Shown: positions 1 to 13,620, counted from the first letter of the stretch. The stretch: DNA of 64,000 bases from Isurus oxyrinchus (GCA_026770705.1 JANJGN010000138.1:186001-250000), one strand, 5' to 3'. The notes: generated by a model from the sequence alone, not told the origin. Program-made: numbers and translations.

Positions 1-394
1 ATGCACAAAGTTTGCTAATGACCATCAGTAGCAAAGGGCATCCCCCGACCTGAGCTAGCCTGGTCTCCTTGTCAGTCGAAACGCCTGGCAAAGTGTTTCA
101 CTCTTTACTGTCCCCTCGCAAGTCATTCGATTGAACTAAACTCCCACAGAATGGACTGTCCTGATTCAGGAAGGCTGTTCATCAATAGTTTGTCAATGGC
201 AATTAGAGATGGAGAAACAATTACTGAACTTGGCATCGATGACCTAGAAAGAATTCTAAAGAAATTTAAGGAATCAGTAGGTGCTAATCTGTGGGAGGTT
301 TCCTTGTTGTTGTTTGCAGTGGTTTTACGAGACTTCATGGGGTCCAAGATACAATTTTGTGTACTCCAAAGCTAACTCCTTGTTTAATGCACGC

Positions 395-627
395 NNNNNN
401 NNNNNNNNNNNNNNNNNNNNNNNNNNNNNNNNNNNNNNNNNNNNNNNNNNNNNNNNNNNNNNNNNNNNNNNNNNNNNNNNNNNNNNNNNNNNNNNNNNNN
501 NNNNNNNNNNNNNNNNNNNNNNNNNNNNNNNNNNNNNNNNNNNNNNNNNNNNNNNNNNNNNNNNNNNNNNNNNNNNNNNNNNNNNNNNNNNNNNNNNNNN
601 NNNNNNNNNNNNNNNNNNNNNNNNNNN
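395..627. other. Assembly gap (run of N)
   Basis: Continuous n characters from 395 to 627. Confidence 0.99.
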
Positions 628-1510
628 GTGGTGTTGTTGGCCCTGCTGGCGGAGCAGGACATGGCCTGCAATGGTTTCTAGAATATTGCAACGATTCAGT
701 GTGTATGACTATGTCAGCCTTTTGCTTGATCAGTTTGTCTGATTGTTCAACCATTCATATTGTGGAAACATTCTCGTGAGTCTTTTTTGCATTCATGTCT
801 TGGTAATATCATCCACGAACGAACATTGAAAGTCTCTAGAGATGGAGGGACATCACAGAACACGACAGGATTCGAATCATCTTGATTTTAAAAAGGGTCC
901 CAGTCTGTAATGTTAGCCTAGTGTAACTGCCATTTACGTTTGTGTACGAACACTGTCAGTAATCAAAGAGATTACTCACTACCAGCAATAATACAGTAGG
1001 TTCAGGAATATTAATACCACAATAGCATCATACGCAATAAAGTTAGAATAGGATCAGCATCAATAAAGCTAAATTTGGGTTGCTAACAAAAACGTTAGTG
1101 TAGCGTTGGCGCCAATAACAGAAAGATCTAATTTTAAATATAGAGTGAATGATTACACTGTTCAAAATTTCTGTTGAGCATCCACCCTCAAATGTTTAAC
1201 CCAATGTCCAGGAGGAACTTGCACTCAAGAGATTTGGCCTGTGCACATTAAGCATTAACTCTGCGCCTGTAGTACATTCCATTTCGTGATTGTAAAGGAT
1301 GGACGTTCATGAACTGAGATGCGCCATTTCCCAATTGCTGCTCCCGGGTGCGCTGAAGCAGAAAATCTACCAATAATTGTTCAGTGACTGTAAGTAAAAC
1401 GATGTTTCATTTTTTCGTGCTCGGGCATCGAGTAACCAAAAAAAAAATGCGTTTGTTAATGAGTCTAACATGCACTTCAGTTGGATCAGAATTCACCTGT
1501 TCTTGATAAA

Positions 1511-1580
1511 ATTTTACAAGCGGCAATCCTCCTGATAAAGGACATGTTCTATCCTCTTCTCGCAACCTTTGGTGTTCCTG
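1511..1580 (+). pseudogene. Orphan exon 1 of a GPR139-like GPCR with the start codon mutated (ATG>ATT)
   Basis: Translates ILQAAILLIKDMFYPLLATFGVP+G, followed by donor gtcagt. It has the same 70-nt length and phase as exon 1 of the intact gene (MIRPTILQVKQIYYPILAAFGIP+G|gtaagt). Upstream ~1310-1400 resembles the reverse complement of ~50915-51010. Confidence 0.8.
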
Positions 1581-3229
1581 GTCAGTCGGAGAATCCTGCT
1601 GATGAAAATTTGTTCGACTTCATGACAGTTTTCGCCCCTATTAGATATTTTAATAACTTTCTGATTGCACCGTCATTATATAATCACAGAGACGTTGGAG
1701 TAAACCACTAATACCAGCAGAAGAGCAAATTAGGCGCGGGAGGCGAGGCTCTATGCATTTAATAAAATATGAGCGTCCTTGAAATTTATTTCATTATCGC
1801 AGACTTCTCACTCGCTTTTAAAAATGAGCTGCTCATTAAACGCTATCTGGTTGTTTTCCGTTTAGAACCTTGCTAACTGTCCTTAATATTGAAATTACTC
1901 TGGCGACAGGTGAAGTTTTGGAAAATCATTGAAAGGTAATTTGTAAAACATATGCTTCAAGAACCAATCATGCGGCTCCCAGAGCTTCCACTTGCTGCAA
2001 AGCATCCCCAAAGAATCTCCCAGGTGCCTCAATGTCACCGGAAAATCCCTCTGCCACATTCTGGGATGTATTCCTGATTTAGCTTTGCCAAAGAGGAGCG
2101 TTAGGTGAAATAGGTGAAAGACTTTCTTTTGCACCTTCCGTCCAGGCAGCCTGTTTAAGCGTGAGGTGTTCAAAGTGCATTTATAAATGATAACGACCAA
2201 TATCTCATTCAATATTCTTTTCCGAATTGCTGTGTGATTCGTTACTGAAACTTTGCAGAATGAGGAGAAGTATAAGCAAAGCCTAACGGGCCAGCGGCAT
2301 CACATGAGTTGCACGAGGCATGGGCAGTGTTGAATAACATTTGGCAGCTATTTCCGGAAATATAAAGATTCAAATTAAATATTGGGCAGCTGAAAAAAAC
2401 ACAAATGGTAGGGGCGCAAAATTGGACCGGCGGGTCCACCTCTGATATTGCAGTCAGTGGAACTGAACATCAGGAAGTCCTGTGAAATGCCTCCAGATCC
2501 TCTACCGCTTCTCTACAGAGGCCTGAGGCAAATCTGTAGCTAATTTTCGAGCTCCTACCATGAAAAGGAGCATAATGTACTGGGCCGTTAGGTTACAATA
2601 GCAGATAAGAGATTGGGAAATGTGGCAAGGAAGACCTTGGCCTTTTAGACCCCCAGCGACTATTCCGCATTATTCTTGGGTGATGTTTAATGCTCCCGTA
2701 CATTAGGTCATGCGAACACAAAGAAGAAAATAAATACTGTGGATAGTGCAGTAAATCTGAAACAAAAAGGACAGATTTCTGAAACAAAGTAGAAAATGCT
2801 GGAAATGGAAACAGGTCAAGCAGCAGATGGTGGGCAGGGGAGCAAGTCAGGAGGGGCATCAATACACATAAAAAGCCAACTTCGTGAGACTACATGGTGA
2901 GATTATAGGCAAGTTAACAGGTCAGACAAGGAAGAAAAATAAAATACGTTTTGGGTTCTGATGAAATGTTACAGGCTTGGAGAGTTAACTCTGTTTCTCT
3001 TTCTACAGTCACCCCCTGACAGAAATTGCCTTTCCAGCATTTCTGCCATGCCTTCAGTATCAAGTACCTATGTTTTGCAAGGTGTCCGCTGCCCTTCCTA
3101 TATTCCTCTACAATTCTTGCTTATGACTAACAATAAATACGCCTCCCACTGTGTTGTCCCTGTGCGCTTTACGTGATATTCTACTTTTCAGGCAATGTTT
3201 GATACTTCTGCCTTTGTGGTCAACATTTT

Positions 3230-4730
3230 ATTTTTTATTGAATCACGGGATGTGGTATTCCTTCGCTGTGCCAATACTTATTCTCCCACCTCGTTGCCTT
3301 TGAAAGGTGGTGGTTACTTGCATTCTTGAAACAGTGAGGTCCATGTGGTGAACGTACAGGCAGAGTGCTGTGAGGGAGGGAATTATAGAATTTTGAACCA
3401 GCGACAGTGATGGAAGAGTGCTTCTTTTCCAAGCAAGGATGTTGAGTGATTTGAACGGACACTTCCATGTGGTGTTGTTCCCGTTGAACTGCTGCACTTG
3501 TACTTGCAAACGTTAATATTTGTGTGTTTGGGAAGTGTTGTTGAAGGAGCCTTGGTTAATTCCTGTTGTGTATCTTATCGATGGCACACGCTGTTACGAC
3601 TGTGTGTCCTTGATGGGGGTGGGGGGAGAGTGACTGTTTGCGTGTGTGATGCTAATCAAGGGGAATGCTTTTTCCTGAATGGTGTCAAGCTCCCTGCCTG
3701 TTGTGGGTGCTGCACTCGCCCAGGCAAGTGGGGAGTGTTCCATCACACCCCTTATTTGTGCCTTGTAGATGATGCTTTGGAAGGCAAGAGGTGAGCTACT
3801 GGTAGCACGATTTCTATCCTTGGACCTGCTCTTGTTGCCACAGTATTTACGTGGCAGGTCCGGTTCCAATCCTGGTCAATGTTGATAATGGAGGATTCAG
3901 TGATGGTAATGGCATTGAACATCAAGTCGCGATGGTTGCATTATCTCTTGTTGGAATTGAGCATTGCCTGCCACTCGTCAGCCCAAGCCAGAATGTTGTT
4001 CATGTTTTGCTGCATTTGGACGTGGATTACTTCAGTACCTGATGTGTCGAGAATGGTGCTGAACATTGTGCAATCATTGGCACCATCCCCACTTCTGACT
4101 TTACGATTCAAGGAAGATCTTTGAAGAAGCAATTTAAGAAGCTTGGTTCTAGGACACTATCCTAAGGAATTCCTGCGCTGATGACATGGAGCTGAGATGA
4201 GTGACCTCTAACAACCAGAAACATTTTCCTTTGTGTCTGGTAAGACTCCGACCAGAGGTCAGCTTTCCACATGATAACCATTGACTCCAATTTTGCCAGT
4301 GCTCCTTGACACCACACTCGGGCAAGTGCTGCCTTGATGTCAAGGGCACTGACACTCACCTCAACTCAGGAGTTCTACTCTCTTGCTTGTTTTTGAAACA
4401 ACGGTGCAATGAGGCCAGGAGCTGCGTGGCCCAGGCGGAACCCTAACTGCGAGTCGGTGAGTAGGTTATTGCTAAACAATTTCCACTTCATAGCACTGTT
4501 GATGACCCTTCCTGTTGCTTTATTGATGACCAGTGTAGACTGGTGGGGGTCGTGATTAGCTGGGGTGGATTTGCCCTGCTTTTTGTGTCAAAGACATACC
4601 TGGGCAACCTTCCATATAGCTGCGTAGATTGCCGTGTTGTCGCTGTACTGGAACAGCTTTTCTAGACGTCTGACAATTTCTTGGGCACAAGAATTCTTTA
4701 CTAATGCCAGAATATTTTGAAGGCACACAA
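3230..4730 (-). mobile_element. Decayed CR1/L2-clade LINE, 3' part of ORF2 (reverse transcriptase)
   Basis: Minus-strand fragments ALDIKAALARVW (LDxKxAFDxVWH), SAGIP, ANDCTMFST (FADD-like) and IYKAQIRGVMEHSP. Many stops and frameshifts. Confidence 0.85.
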
Positions 4731-4959
4731 TGTTTCCAAAATGCTGTAAAACATTGCATTCAAGAACATCTCCCTCCTCCCCTCCTCCCCCAACCTTATT
4801 TCCACTCGTTCCAGGCTGTGGGTAATGTCTGAATCAAAAACAAAATGTGCCGGGAAAACGCAGCAAGATAGATAGCATCTGTGGAGAGAGAAGCTTGGTT
4901 AACTTTTTGAGTCTTTGTGACTGCAGCTTCAATACTCAAAGGACGGAAACATACATCAG

Positions 4960-5575
4960 ACCAGTTAACCTAATATCACTCATTGTGAAACTGCCAGAAT
5001 GCATTTTTAAGGATGAAGAAACAGGAAATGAAGGGAAGAAAACATAATTCAATCAGCCAGTGACAGCATGACAGGGAAATGTGAATGATGCATTTAGCAA
5101 AGCTCGATCAGGATGTAACAATGAAGGTGGCTAATGGATTACTAGCAAATGTAGAGCATCTGGGCTCCCAAAACAGATTTTGTATGGTACCACATTAAAG
5201 CTTAATATATAAAAAGTAGGCAGTGAGGCAGTGAGGATGGGGAAGAGATGATATGTTAGCAATGGAAATGGGCTGAACAACTAACAGATCACAAAGACTT
5301 GTGATAAATGGACCAATTTCAGGATCACAAATTGCACATACTGGAGGGCCACGGGAATACCTGCAGGGTCTTCACTATTTACGATTGGTCTCAATCAATT
5401 CGATGAAGGATCAGACTTGGTTTGAGCTAAATTCGTTAACATACAAAGGTAGATAGGATATTAATTTGTGGGGACGATGCAACGGGTCTGAAAAGGGGTT
5501 TTAATTGCTTCATTGCGTTGGGAAACAATTGACAGATTAAAGACAACATGCAGAATTCCGAGGTCGTTCAGATTG
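4960..5575 (+). mobile_element. Highly decayed CR1 LINE RT fragment
   Basis: Begins with 'RPVNLISLIVKL' (YRPVSLTS-like) and shows CR1-like nucleotide similarity through the FADDTK region. Confidence 0.6.
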
Positions 5576-5617
5576 TCAGGAAGAGAAGAAAAGAAGACGA
5601 TATAAATGGATACCAAA

Positions 5618-5845
5618 AGAAAAAGTGCTGGAAAAAGTCAACACTACTGACATCAACTGTGAAGTGAACGGCAGAGCTAACGTTTCAGCCCCATATGGCT
5701 CTTCCTCAGAACGTTCTGAGTAAGTCATATGGTGTCTAAAAGTTAACTCTGCCTTTCTGTCCATAGATGCTGTCAAAAATGCTGAGTTGTTTCACCACTG
5801 ATTGTTTTTGTTTCATATTTCCAGCCTCCGTACTGTTTTTCCTTT
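5618..5845. repeat. Palindromic (inverted) Penelope-like terminal-repeat fragment with a hammerhead-like motif
   Basis: Inverted arms around the perfect palindrome ctcagaacgttctgag (5705-5720). The minus strand reads CTGAGGA-ag-AGCC-atatgg-GGCT-GAAACGTT. Confidence 0.6.
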
Positions 5846-6169
5846 ATCTTACGATCATTGCTTCCCGCTCAGCACTGCACCTAGACCAACTGAACATTTG
5901 TGTAGCATTTCTATCTTACTCCGCTATTTTTGTGATTCTCACAGTTTGGAATGTTTCCGCCAATGAGCCTTCTTGCTTTAAAATGGTTAACATCACAATT
6001 TCCAACAACAAACATCATATGGAATTGTTTACCCATTCGCAAGATCCATCTCTGTGGGTTTTGATCTTCCCTCTTCAATTCCTACAATTCAACACACCAC
6101 CGAAGTGAACACAATCAGCAAGGGTCAGTGCAGATAGTCGGAAACAACAATCCTCACCTCCCAAGCCAC

Positions 6170-9100
6170 AGGTTAGGCTTGCCACCCTTCTTTTTCTCCC
6201 TCTCTCACATTGTCGATGTCACTTTAAGCTTAATTAGATGTGCCCAACGGTATGTGCAGGCAAATTTTCCGTGTGCTTGTATTTGTGCATGTGTGCGTTG
6301 TTTTTGTTAATTGCTTCTGCGTTGTTCTTGTTTATTCTGGTTTTCTAAGATGCTCGTCTGCAAAGGCTTTTACAAGTTCTATCTAAAATTATTCACGAAA
6401 ATATCTTCTGACACCTATTCATGTCAAGACTTCCAGATCCCACCAACTCCGAATGGAAATGTCTCGGCTCCCGTCATCTGCATAACTTGTGTCAACGAAT
6501 TTGAATCCATGACCTTTAGTTATTGATCTACACACAGAGGGGATTTTTTCCTTGTTTACCCTCCCCAAATCTCGCATGATGTGGATAACCACTATTTGGT
6601 GATTTTTCAAAATGTTTTGTCCAAAGTATAACAACCCGGGGTTGTCCAACAACACCTCATAATATAACAATTTCATCCTTGAAAACGCCCCAGTGAACGT
6701 TCTCGAGCCCCTTTCTGATGCCTTGCTGAAGAGTGGTGAACAAAACTAACAAGATTGCTTACGAATGTGTAAATGCAGGACTTCAAGTTCTAGCATGACC
6801 CCGATGGCTTAACATGCTCTTTCTCCAATTAGAAACCAAAATAGTCAATATGCTTACTGAGCTACATTATGAGCGTTGTGTATATGGAGGGAAATGTCTC
6901 ACTGCCCATCCACACTTTACAAAAACCTTGCTTTTACAGTGTAGCGACTTTCCATATTTGTCCTCCAAAAGTTCGTAATAACATTGCTTACTTCCTCGTA
7001 TTGAAATCTATCTCCACTTTAAACGTGTTTTATTATGTGTGCGTCTTACTTCCTGAACTATTTTCTGAGCGTGTCATTGTTTCTCTGGAAGTCTTTCTCT
7101 TTGCCATGTCCAACTAATGAAGCAAAAATATTGCGACGCATGTCTCTGCCCGTCATTCTCTACCTTTTGAATGTCTGTCTGTTTGTCTCTCTGTTTCCCT
7201 CTCTTTGATCTCTATGTGCAACATTTTCATTTTCCCATCAGACTGATGGATAGGCGCAGGGCTATTCTCATATCCTCTTATCCCCTCAGTATTCAATAAT
7301 ATATTGATCTCAGGTTTAAATATTTTGAGCTCTCCCAATCCCCTGTGTTAGGGCACTTCAATGATACATAAACATTTGTTGAATAGGTTTCTCCTCATCA
7401 CTGATTACAGAGAGTATACAGTAATCTTGCTGAATCTCTGCTTTGAATATTGGCATGAATCTAGGGACCAAGCTATAATTAAAACATAGGACTTTCAGCC
7501 TTTAGAAAATGCTGGCTTCACTCAGCAGCTCAGACAACACCTTTGGTTTACAGAGCTGAAAGATTGAGATTTTCTCTCTCCCAGGAAGCAGTAGTGTCTG
7601 GAGAGCATAACAGGAATTACTGTTGTTACTTCAGATTTCCAATATCTGCATTTGCTACGAACATAGGAAATAGGAGCAGAAGTAAATCAAATGGATCTTC
7701 GAGGCTGTTCCTCCGTTCACCAAGATCGTGGATGATATGTTTGTATTTCGCATTCCACATTCCCATCTGCGCCGAAAACCTTTGAATCTTTTGCCTTGCA
7801 AGAATTTATTTACCTGTATTTTTTTAAATTTTAAATTACAGTACCTCCATTGCTTTCTGAGGCCGAATGTTCTGAAGTCGCATAGTCACCTGAGAGAAAA
7901 AAAAACATCTCATTTCCACTGTCCTACAAGGAACACACCCCGTCTGTCCGACCAATACTCATAAGGCACCCGCTCATTCCAGGTATCAACCCAGTAAACC
8001 CGCTCTGAACCGCCTCAAACTCACTTACATCCTTCCTAAAGTAAAGGGAAAAAAAAGGCATACAGTACTCCAGATTTGGACTCATGATTACCCTGTATTA
8101 CTGAAGCTTAACAGCCTTTCTTTTGTCTCCAATTCCTCTAGAAATAAAGGATAGCATTGCATTCGACTTCTACATTACGTGCTGTACCTGCATAATAACG
8201 TTTTGTGACTCATGAACCAAGGCACCTAGATCCCCCTGCAGCTTGGAACTCTGCAGTCGTTCTCTGTGTAATTAATAATTTGTTTCTTATTATTATTATT
8301 TTCCCTACCAAAGTGAACAACTTCATATGTTCCAAAATAATTATCCATCTGTAGGTTTTTGCCCAAAAACTCAATCCATATATTTCTATTTGCTTGTTCC
8401 TTTTGCAATCTTCAGAACTTTCCCAACTTTATCTGTGCCACCTGAAAAATTATCTATCATGACTTAAATCTCCTCACCTAAGCGATTGATATAAATTGTA
8501 AAAAATCATGATCCCAGCACCTATCCCTATCCAGTCGTATTTCCTGCCAATCAGACAAAGACCCACATATGCATACTCTCTGTTTTCTGTCAGCCAGCCA
8601 GCCTTCTCTCCATGCCAATATCTTACCCCTATACCATGAACATTTATTTTCTGCAATAACCTTCGATTTGGCAGCTTGTCTAAGGCCTTTTGAAAATCGA
8701 AGTATATTAAGCATACGTGCTCCTCTTCATCCATAACACATGCTTATCCTTCAAAAAACTCTAATAACTTGGTTAAACATGATTTGCCTTTCGAAAAACC
8801 ATGCTGAGTCTTGCTTTCACATGAGGCTAGTGAACGCGTGTTCTATCATCTCTACCGGATGCATTTCCTCTTTCAGATAGGGACTCCATACTGACAATTA
8901 TTCATTTTGTTCAGGTCCCTTACAACAAATGTTGTCCAGAAGAAAGAGAAAGATGCCGATGTGAACATCCTGCCACTCCATCTCTCACTGCACTCTGAGT
9001 GCACCTACACCACATGGACTTTAGCAGTTCAAGAAGGCAGCACATCACCAAGTTCTCGAGAGTAATTTAGGAGCAGCTGTAAATGCTGGCCGAGCCAGCG

Positions 9101-9990
9101 ACGCTCACATCCCATAAATGAAAAATAAATCATACCGACCAGGTGTGCAAAATGAGCAATATGATTGTGGTGATTATTTTTTTAAGACAGGCAGTGCTGG
9201 ATGCATGTAATAGAGCACCCAGCAGAGTCATGAAATACATCAAACAAAGCGAAAAGGACATCAACATGTGAACTGGTCGGTTACATTGTATTTGCAATGT
9301 TCGCTGAAGTTAAAAAAGTGCATTTTACAAAAAAAAACATAAACTGTTTGATCATATTTACCGGTGAATTTCAATTCCCATCACAGCAGGTGGAATAAAA
9401 TGTTTGTCAAGTGAGAAAGAGCCTTTTGCGTGTCATGAACATTCAGAACATCCACGCGATGCAAACGGCTAATTTCCGGGCCTTGGGTGAAAGAAATTGT
9501 TCATGGACACAGCAAAAAGTAAAATTACACAGAACGTCGCTCTACGAGGAGTAAAAAAGCCTCGCATTTCCTCTTAAAATAGAGACCTCTCCTTTTTCTA
9601 CACTGTCCCTTACTTCTCGACTCCATCCGATCATGTCCCTTCGGGACCGGATATGATTCAGGAAGGTCTCCTCGCTTTCTTCTCAACTCCAATGGAAACA
9701 GGACCAAACTGCATAAATAAGTTAAACCCATCATCCTCGCAAAGAATTGACTGACCTTTCTCTGCAATGCTTCTTATGCATTTGGTATGACAGGTGATGT
9801 ATGCCAGGTGGACCAAATGCACAAGGGAAACTTAGCCATTTATCACAAAAGTTCAGGCAATTTGTATTTTTTCCAAGAAGGCTTTTGCACTGAACTCCGA
9901 GGCATTGAATCCAATAACACCTTAAGGGATTTTTAATTATCGTAAAATATTTATTAACAGAAGGAAAAAAAAAGGTAAATACACACAATA
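6170..9990 (+). repeat. Segmental duplication copy 1 (paralogous to ~59300-64000)
   Basis: Colinear similarity, e.g. 6185 cccttctttttctccctctctcacattgtc vs 59311 accttttcctccttctctcacactgtc, and 9905 attgaatccaataacaccttaag vs 63918 attgattccaataacacctttag. Confidence 0.85.
7660..8810 (-). mobile_element. CR1 LINE 3' fragment
   Basis: ORF fragments CLIYFDFQKALDKLPNRRLLQKI and EVVHFGREN are typical CR1 RT motifs. Confidence 0.85.
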
Positions 9991-12202
9991 TTTAAGTTAC
10001 ACGGTTATTTAGGCGTAGCATTTCCCAAAATTCTTAGTTAAACAGGTTGCCAACTCCACTCCCCCTATAAGACAGCAGCCTAAAATAGATTTGAAGCTAC
10101 AAAATCAATGATGCAAAGATACCACACCAAGTATTCGACATTGGATTACCAAAGCCTTTAAACGCAACTCTTTGTATTTGTATAAATAGCAAACGTCTGC
10201 TAAAGTGACTGTTTCCCAAGGAGTGCTTCATATAGTGTACCTTTGAATCTGACATGGCAATGCTCTCTATACAGTATTTCATCCGTTTGTATATACGTTT
10301 CTCTCATTCTAATCTCTAAATGCCATTGTTCTACAGGACTTTGAAAGTTTAATTTTCTCGTTTTGTAAAAATCAGTCAGAAAGTCAATAAAGTCCGTTTC
10401 CTTTTAGGAAAAATAAACATAATAACCTTCCCCTGTCTATCTTGTTAGTTGCAAAAATGCTACTATCCATTTGATACCCAACCACCTTCCACTTATCTGA
10501 AAATGCAAATTTCCTTCACACCCTGCACCTCATCCATATTTACTTATTAGCATTTCAGATGTCTTCCTGCTCTTAATTTATTTCGATAATTTCAAACCTG
10601 CAGTCTATCTGACTCTAATTCAATTACTTCATTCACTTAGGCAGGAACACCCACATTCACACATATAAGCCGACAATAATATTACGAAAAATATTATCGT
10701 TTCATGACGATTTTTTAAAAATATGGTGACCAACACTGTACACAGTTTTCCAGATGTTTGCTCACTAATCTTCTGTACAGCTGCACTAAAAGTTCCATTC
10801 TCCCTCAATAAATGCCACCATTTAATTTGCCTTCCTAATCACTTGCTGGACCTTGTATGCAAGCTACTTTAATGATTTATGAACTAGGACCTCTGGAGCG
10901 GATATGATCAGTTGAGGAAACTATTTCCGCTTGCTTGGAATTTGGGAATAAGGAACACAGCACAACAAATAGACAGATTTCAACGTTGAAATTAGGAAAC
11001 AATAGAGACAGAAAGGGTGCTGGAAGTTCGGAGCTCCGTTCTGTACATATTAATTGGAGGCTTTATTTTAAAGCTGCGATCGATAATGTTTTATTAGAAA
11101 ATATATTGACCTACATGGCAAAAGCGATTTGGCTCCCAATTTGCCATGATATCTTTTAATAATAGAACAGAACCTAGGGAATAAATGGCCTCACCAAAAT
11201 CAAAGCTTATGGAAAAGTGGATCATCTTTTGACTCAGGACGCTTCAGCCCCTGAACTCAAAAATGAGTTCATCAATTTAAGTTCTTAATATCCTTCTTTA
11301 TCTTCTTTCTTGTTTATTTCCTTTGTGGGCTGCGTTCGGTTTCCTTTATTTAATTGTTCCTTCAATGTTGCCTTTGGACGACTTCTATGCAGCTTTTCAT
11401 AACCTCACTTAGACACGTATTGTGTTCATTTGAAGACAGTGCATTTTAGACTGTATTGTAAGGGGGTCTGAGTTCAATAATTAATAAATCTTGCTAAAAA
11501 ACAAAGGGCTTTGGTGACATCATACCTCTAATATTATTTGCAGTTTTGATCTGCATCTTTAAGGAAGGATACTAGTGATTTGGAGGCGGCACAGAGAATC
11601 TTCACTGATTCGTCCCCAGGATGAGGGGACAGTCCTATAATGAGACACTGAGTACAATGGAGTAGCATTCTGGCTCTGCCACGTGGTAATTACCTATGTT
11701 ACTTTCCGGAACCACCAAAACAGCCACCCATCATGCACCTGGCTTAATTTCCATGGCTATTGATCCTGGCATAAGGCTCAACATTTATTTGCACTATCAC
11801 TGTGCAGATTAAGCCATTCCCAGTTAGCTCGCAGGCACATGGTAATTTTAGCTATAAAAGTCCACTTAAGGGAAAACCTGGATTGTTCTATAAATTGAAC
11901 ATTCTTACAAGTCAATAAGCAACGGATTGATAAATGTTTCATCACAATATTCAGCGCTGAAGCCATCCCACAACTGGGCTGGTGCTATGAGATGTCATTT
12001 TGATAAATTACACCCGCAGCCACATGGAACAAATGGATGGGTTATGTCTTTTAGTTCCCTGGTTTTATGTGGCGGGTGGGGAGGGGCGTCGCGGGAGCAG
12101 CATTAGAGGTTAGCAGTATTGTATATAAATTCCAAATCTTTACTGGAAAGATAGGAATTTTTATAAAAGGGCTTGCTCAGGAAAAAAAGTACTCCTGTGT
12201 AA

Positions 12203-12289
12203 AACCTGTGCTCCATCCGCTTAAAGCGGGTCACCATCCTGCGGAAAGATATCCAGCTGTCCCACCGCATCCGCGGGGAGCGACCCTAA
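12203..12289 (+). pseudogene. H3: 5'-truncated replication-dependent histone H3 remnant (C-terminal 28 codons)
   Basis: Translates NLCSIRLKRVTILRKDIQLSHRIRGERP*, compared with the H3 C-terminus [28 protein letters not shown]. Confidence 0.9.
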
Positions 12290-12317
12290 AATTGGTTTCA
12301 GCACTATATCTAACAAC

Positions 12318-12360
12318 GGCTCTTTTCAGAGCCACAAAATGGACAAAGGGAAGGGCTGTG
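12318..12360 (+). promoter_or_regulatory. Histone mRNA 3' stem-loop plus histone downstream element
   Basis: Perfect GGCTCTTTTCAGAGCC at 12318-12333 with AC-rich flanks, followed by the purine-rich aaagggaagggctg (HDE-like). Confidence 0.9.
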
Positions 12361-12900
12361 ATCTGTGACTGCTGAGACCAGCATTTCACCACCCCCTAAT
12401 TGCTCTTTGCAACTGCGATTTTAATAAGACCCAGTGCTTTGCTAGACCAATTCAGGGGGACAGTTTAGAGCTCTGTGTCTGGAGTCACATGTTGACCAAT
12501 CCATGGTCAGAAGGAAAAAGCTAGAACCAGTGATCTGTCTTTGAGTCCAGAAATGAGGTTGATCTTCAATTAATGGAGGACGAGTCTGCTATCTGACCTA
12601 CAATACAGCAACAGCATCTGCGGGACCTGCCAGGACTTCACATTTCCACAACAGGCACTATGTGAAGCAGTTTCTCAATTCGCAAAATCAATCCCTCTCC
12701 CTTTGTACCTCTCACTGGAATTTATGTGACTTAATATCTCACCGAAAGAAATCGAATCTTCAAAGCTTTGAAAGCCCTGTGCAGATGAACGTTCTCAATT
12801 CGGACTTTCATACAGCCCAATAAGAGATGAACAATAATGTTTGCAGCAAAGTAGTGGGATACAATTTGGAAGTTTACATTGCAAAGCTCTAGTCAGTGTT

Positions 12901-12974
12901 GGCGTTGTGACTTAGTTGGTTAAAGCGCTTGTTTAATGTAAAAGCGATTCTGCTTTTCATTGTCAGATGTGTCT
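12901..12974 (+). pseudogene. tRNA-Thr(AGT) pseudogene
   Basis: ggcgttgtgacttagttggttaaagcgcttgtttaat... matches vertebrate Thr-AGT GGCGCCGTGGCTTAGTTGGTTAAAGCGCCTGTCTAGT. The B box is destroyed. Confidence 0.75.
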
Positions 12975-13620
12975 TTATCGATTAAGTCGATGCATGGCTT
13001 TAAATAAAACCATTGACGTCCAAAGGCAGCATTGATAATTAGGCGACTATATAATGAAGCCTGATAGGATCATTGTTTCCTTGGGAAGTCATGCGGGAAG
13101 AACATTTTAAAATATTGCCGGTGATAACTGTGGGCAAAGTTTGAATGATTTATGCTACTGCGCTTTAGGAAGGAACAAACGGGGAGAGATAAATGTTGGT
13201 GCTTTTTTGATGAAGTCCTTCGGCTGGCAGATCTATTTCCATCCCTACAATTTGTGATTTGGACTACTTAGAAGCTTTGTTGATTTCAATGTGATGTCAT
13301 CACACGTTCCCACTACAAACACTGTTAGAAATTGTTTATTCATTTTTTAGCTTCCGACTCCAATTATATCTTCCCGAAACCAATGCAATCTTCAAAGCTT
13401 TAAATGCCCAGTGCAGATAACTGGCTAACAACAGTTGCGAGGTCACACTCCATGTGTCAGGAGTGAGTAGTCGGTGCAAATTAGAATAATTGTAAAATGA
13501 AGCCAAAGGGAGGCTGCTGGTCTGCTTGTGAGGAAAAAGGAGCTGCAGAAGATGAGTCACCTCACAAGGGAATGCATAAAAAGCTTGTGACGCCTCTTTT
13601 TAAGTAGTGATGGCTGCTCT

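Noticed and set aside
281-779. Long ORFs spanning 281-779
   Set aside because: Artefacts of translating through the N gap.
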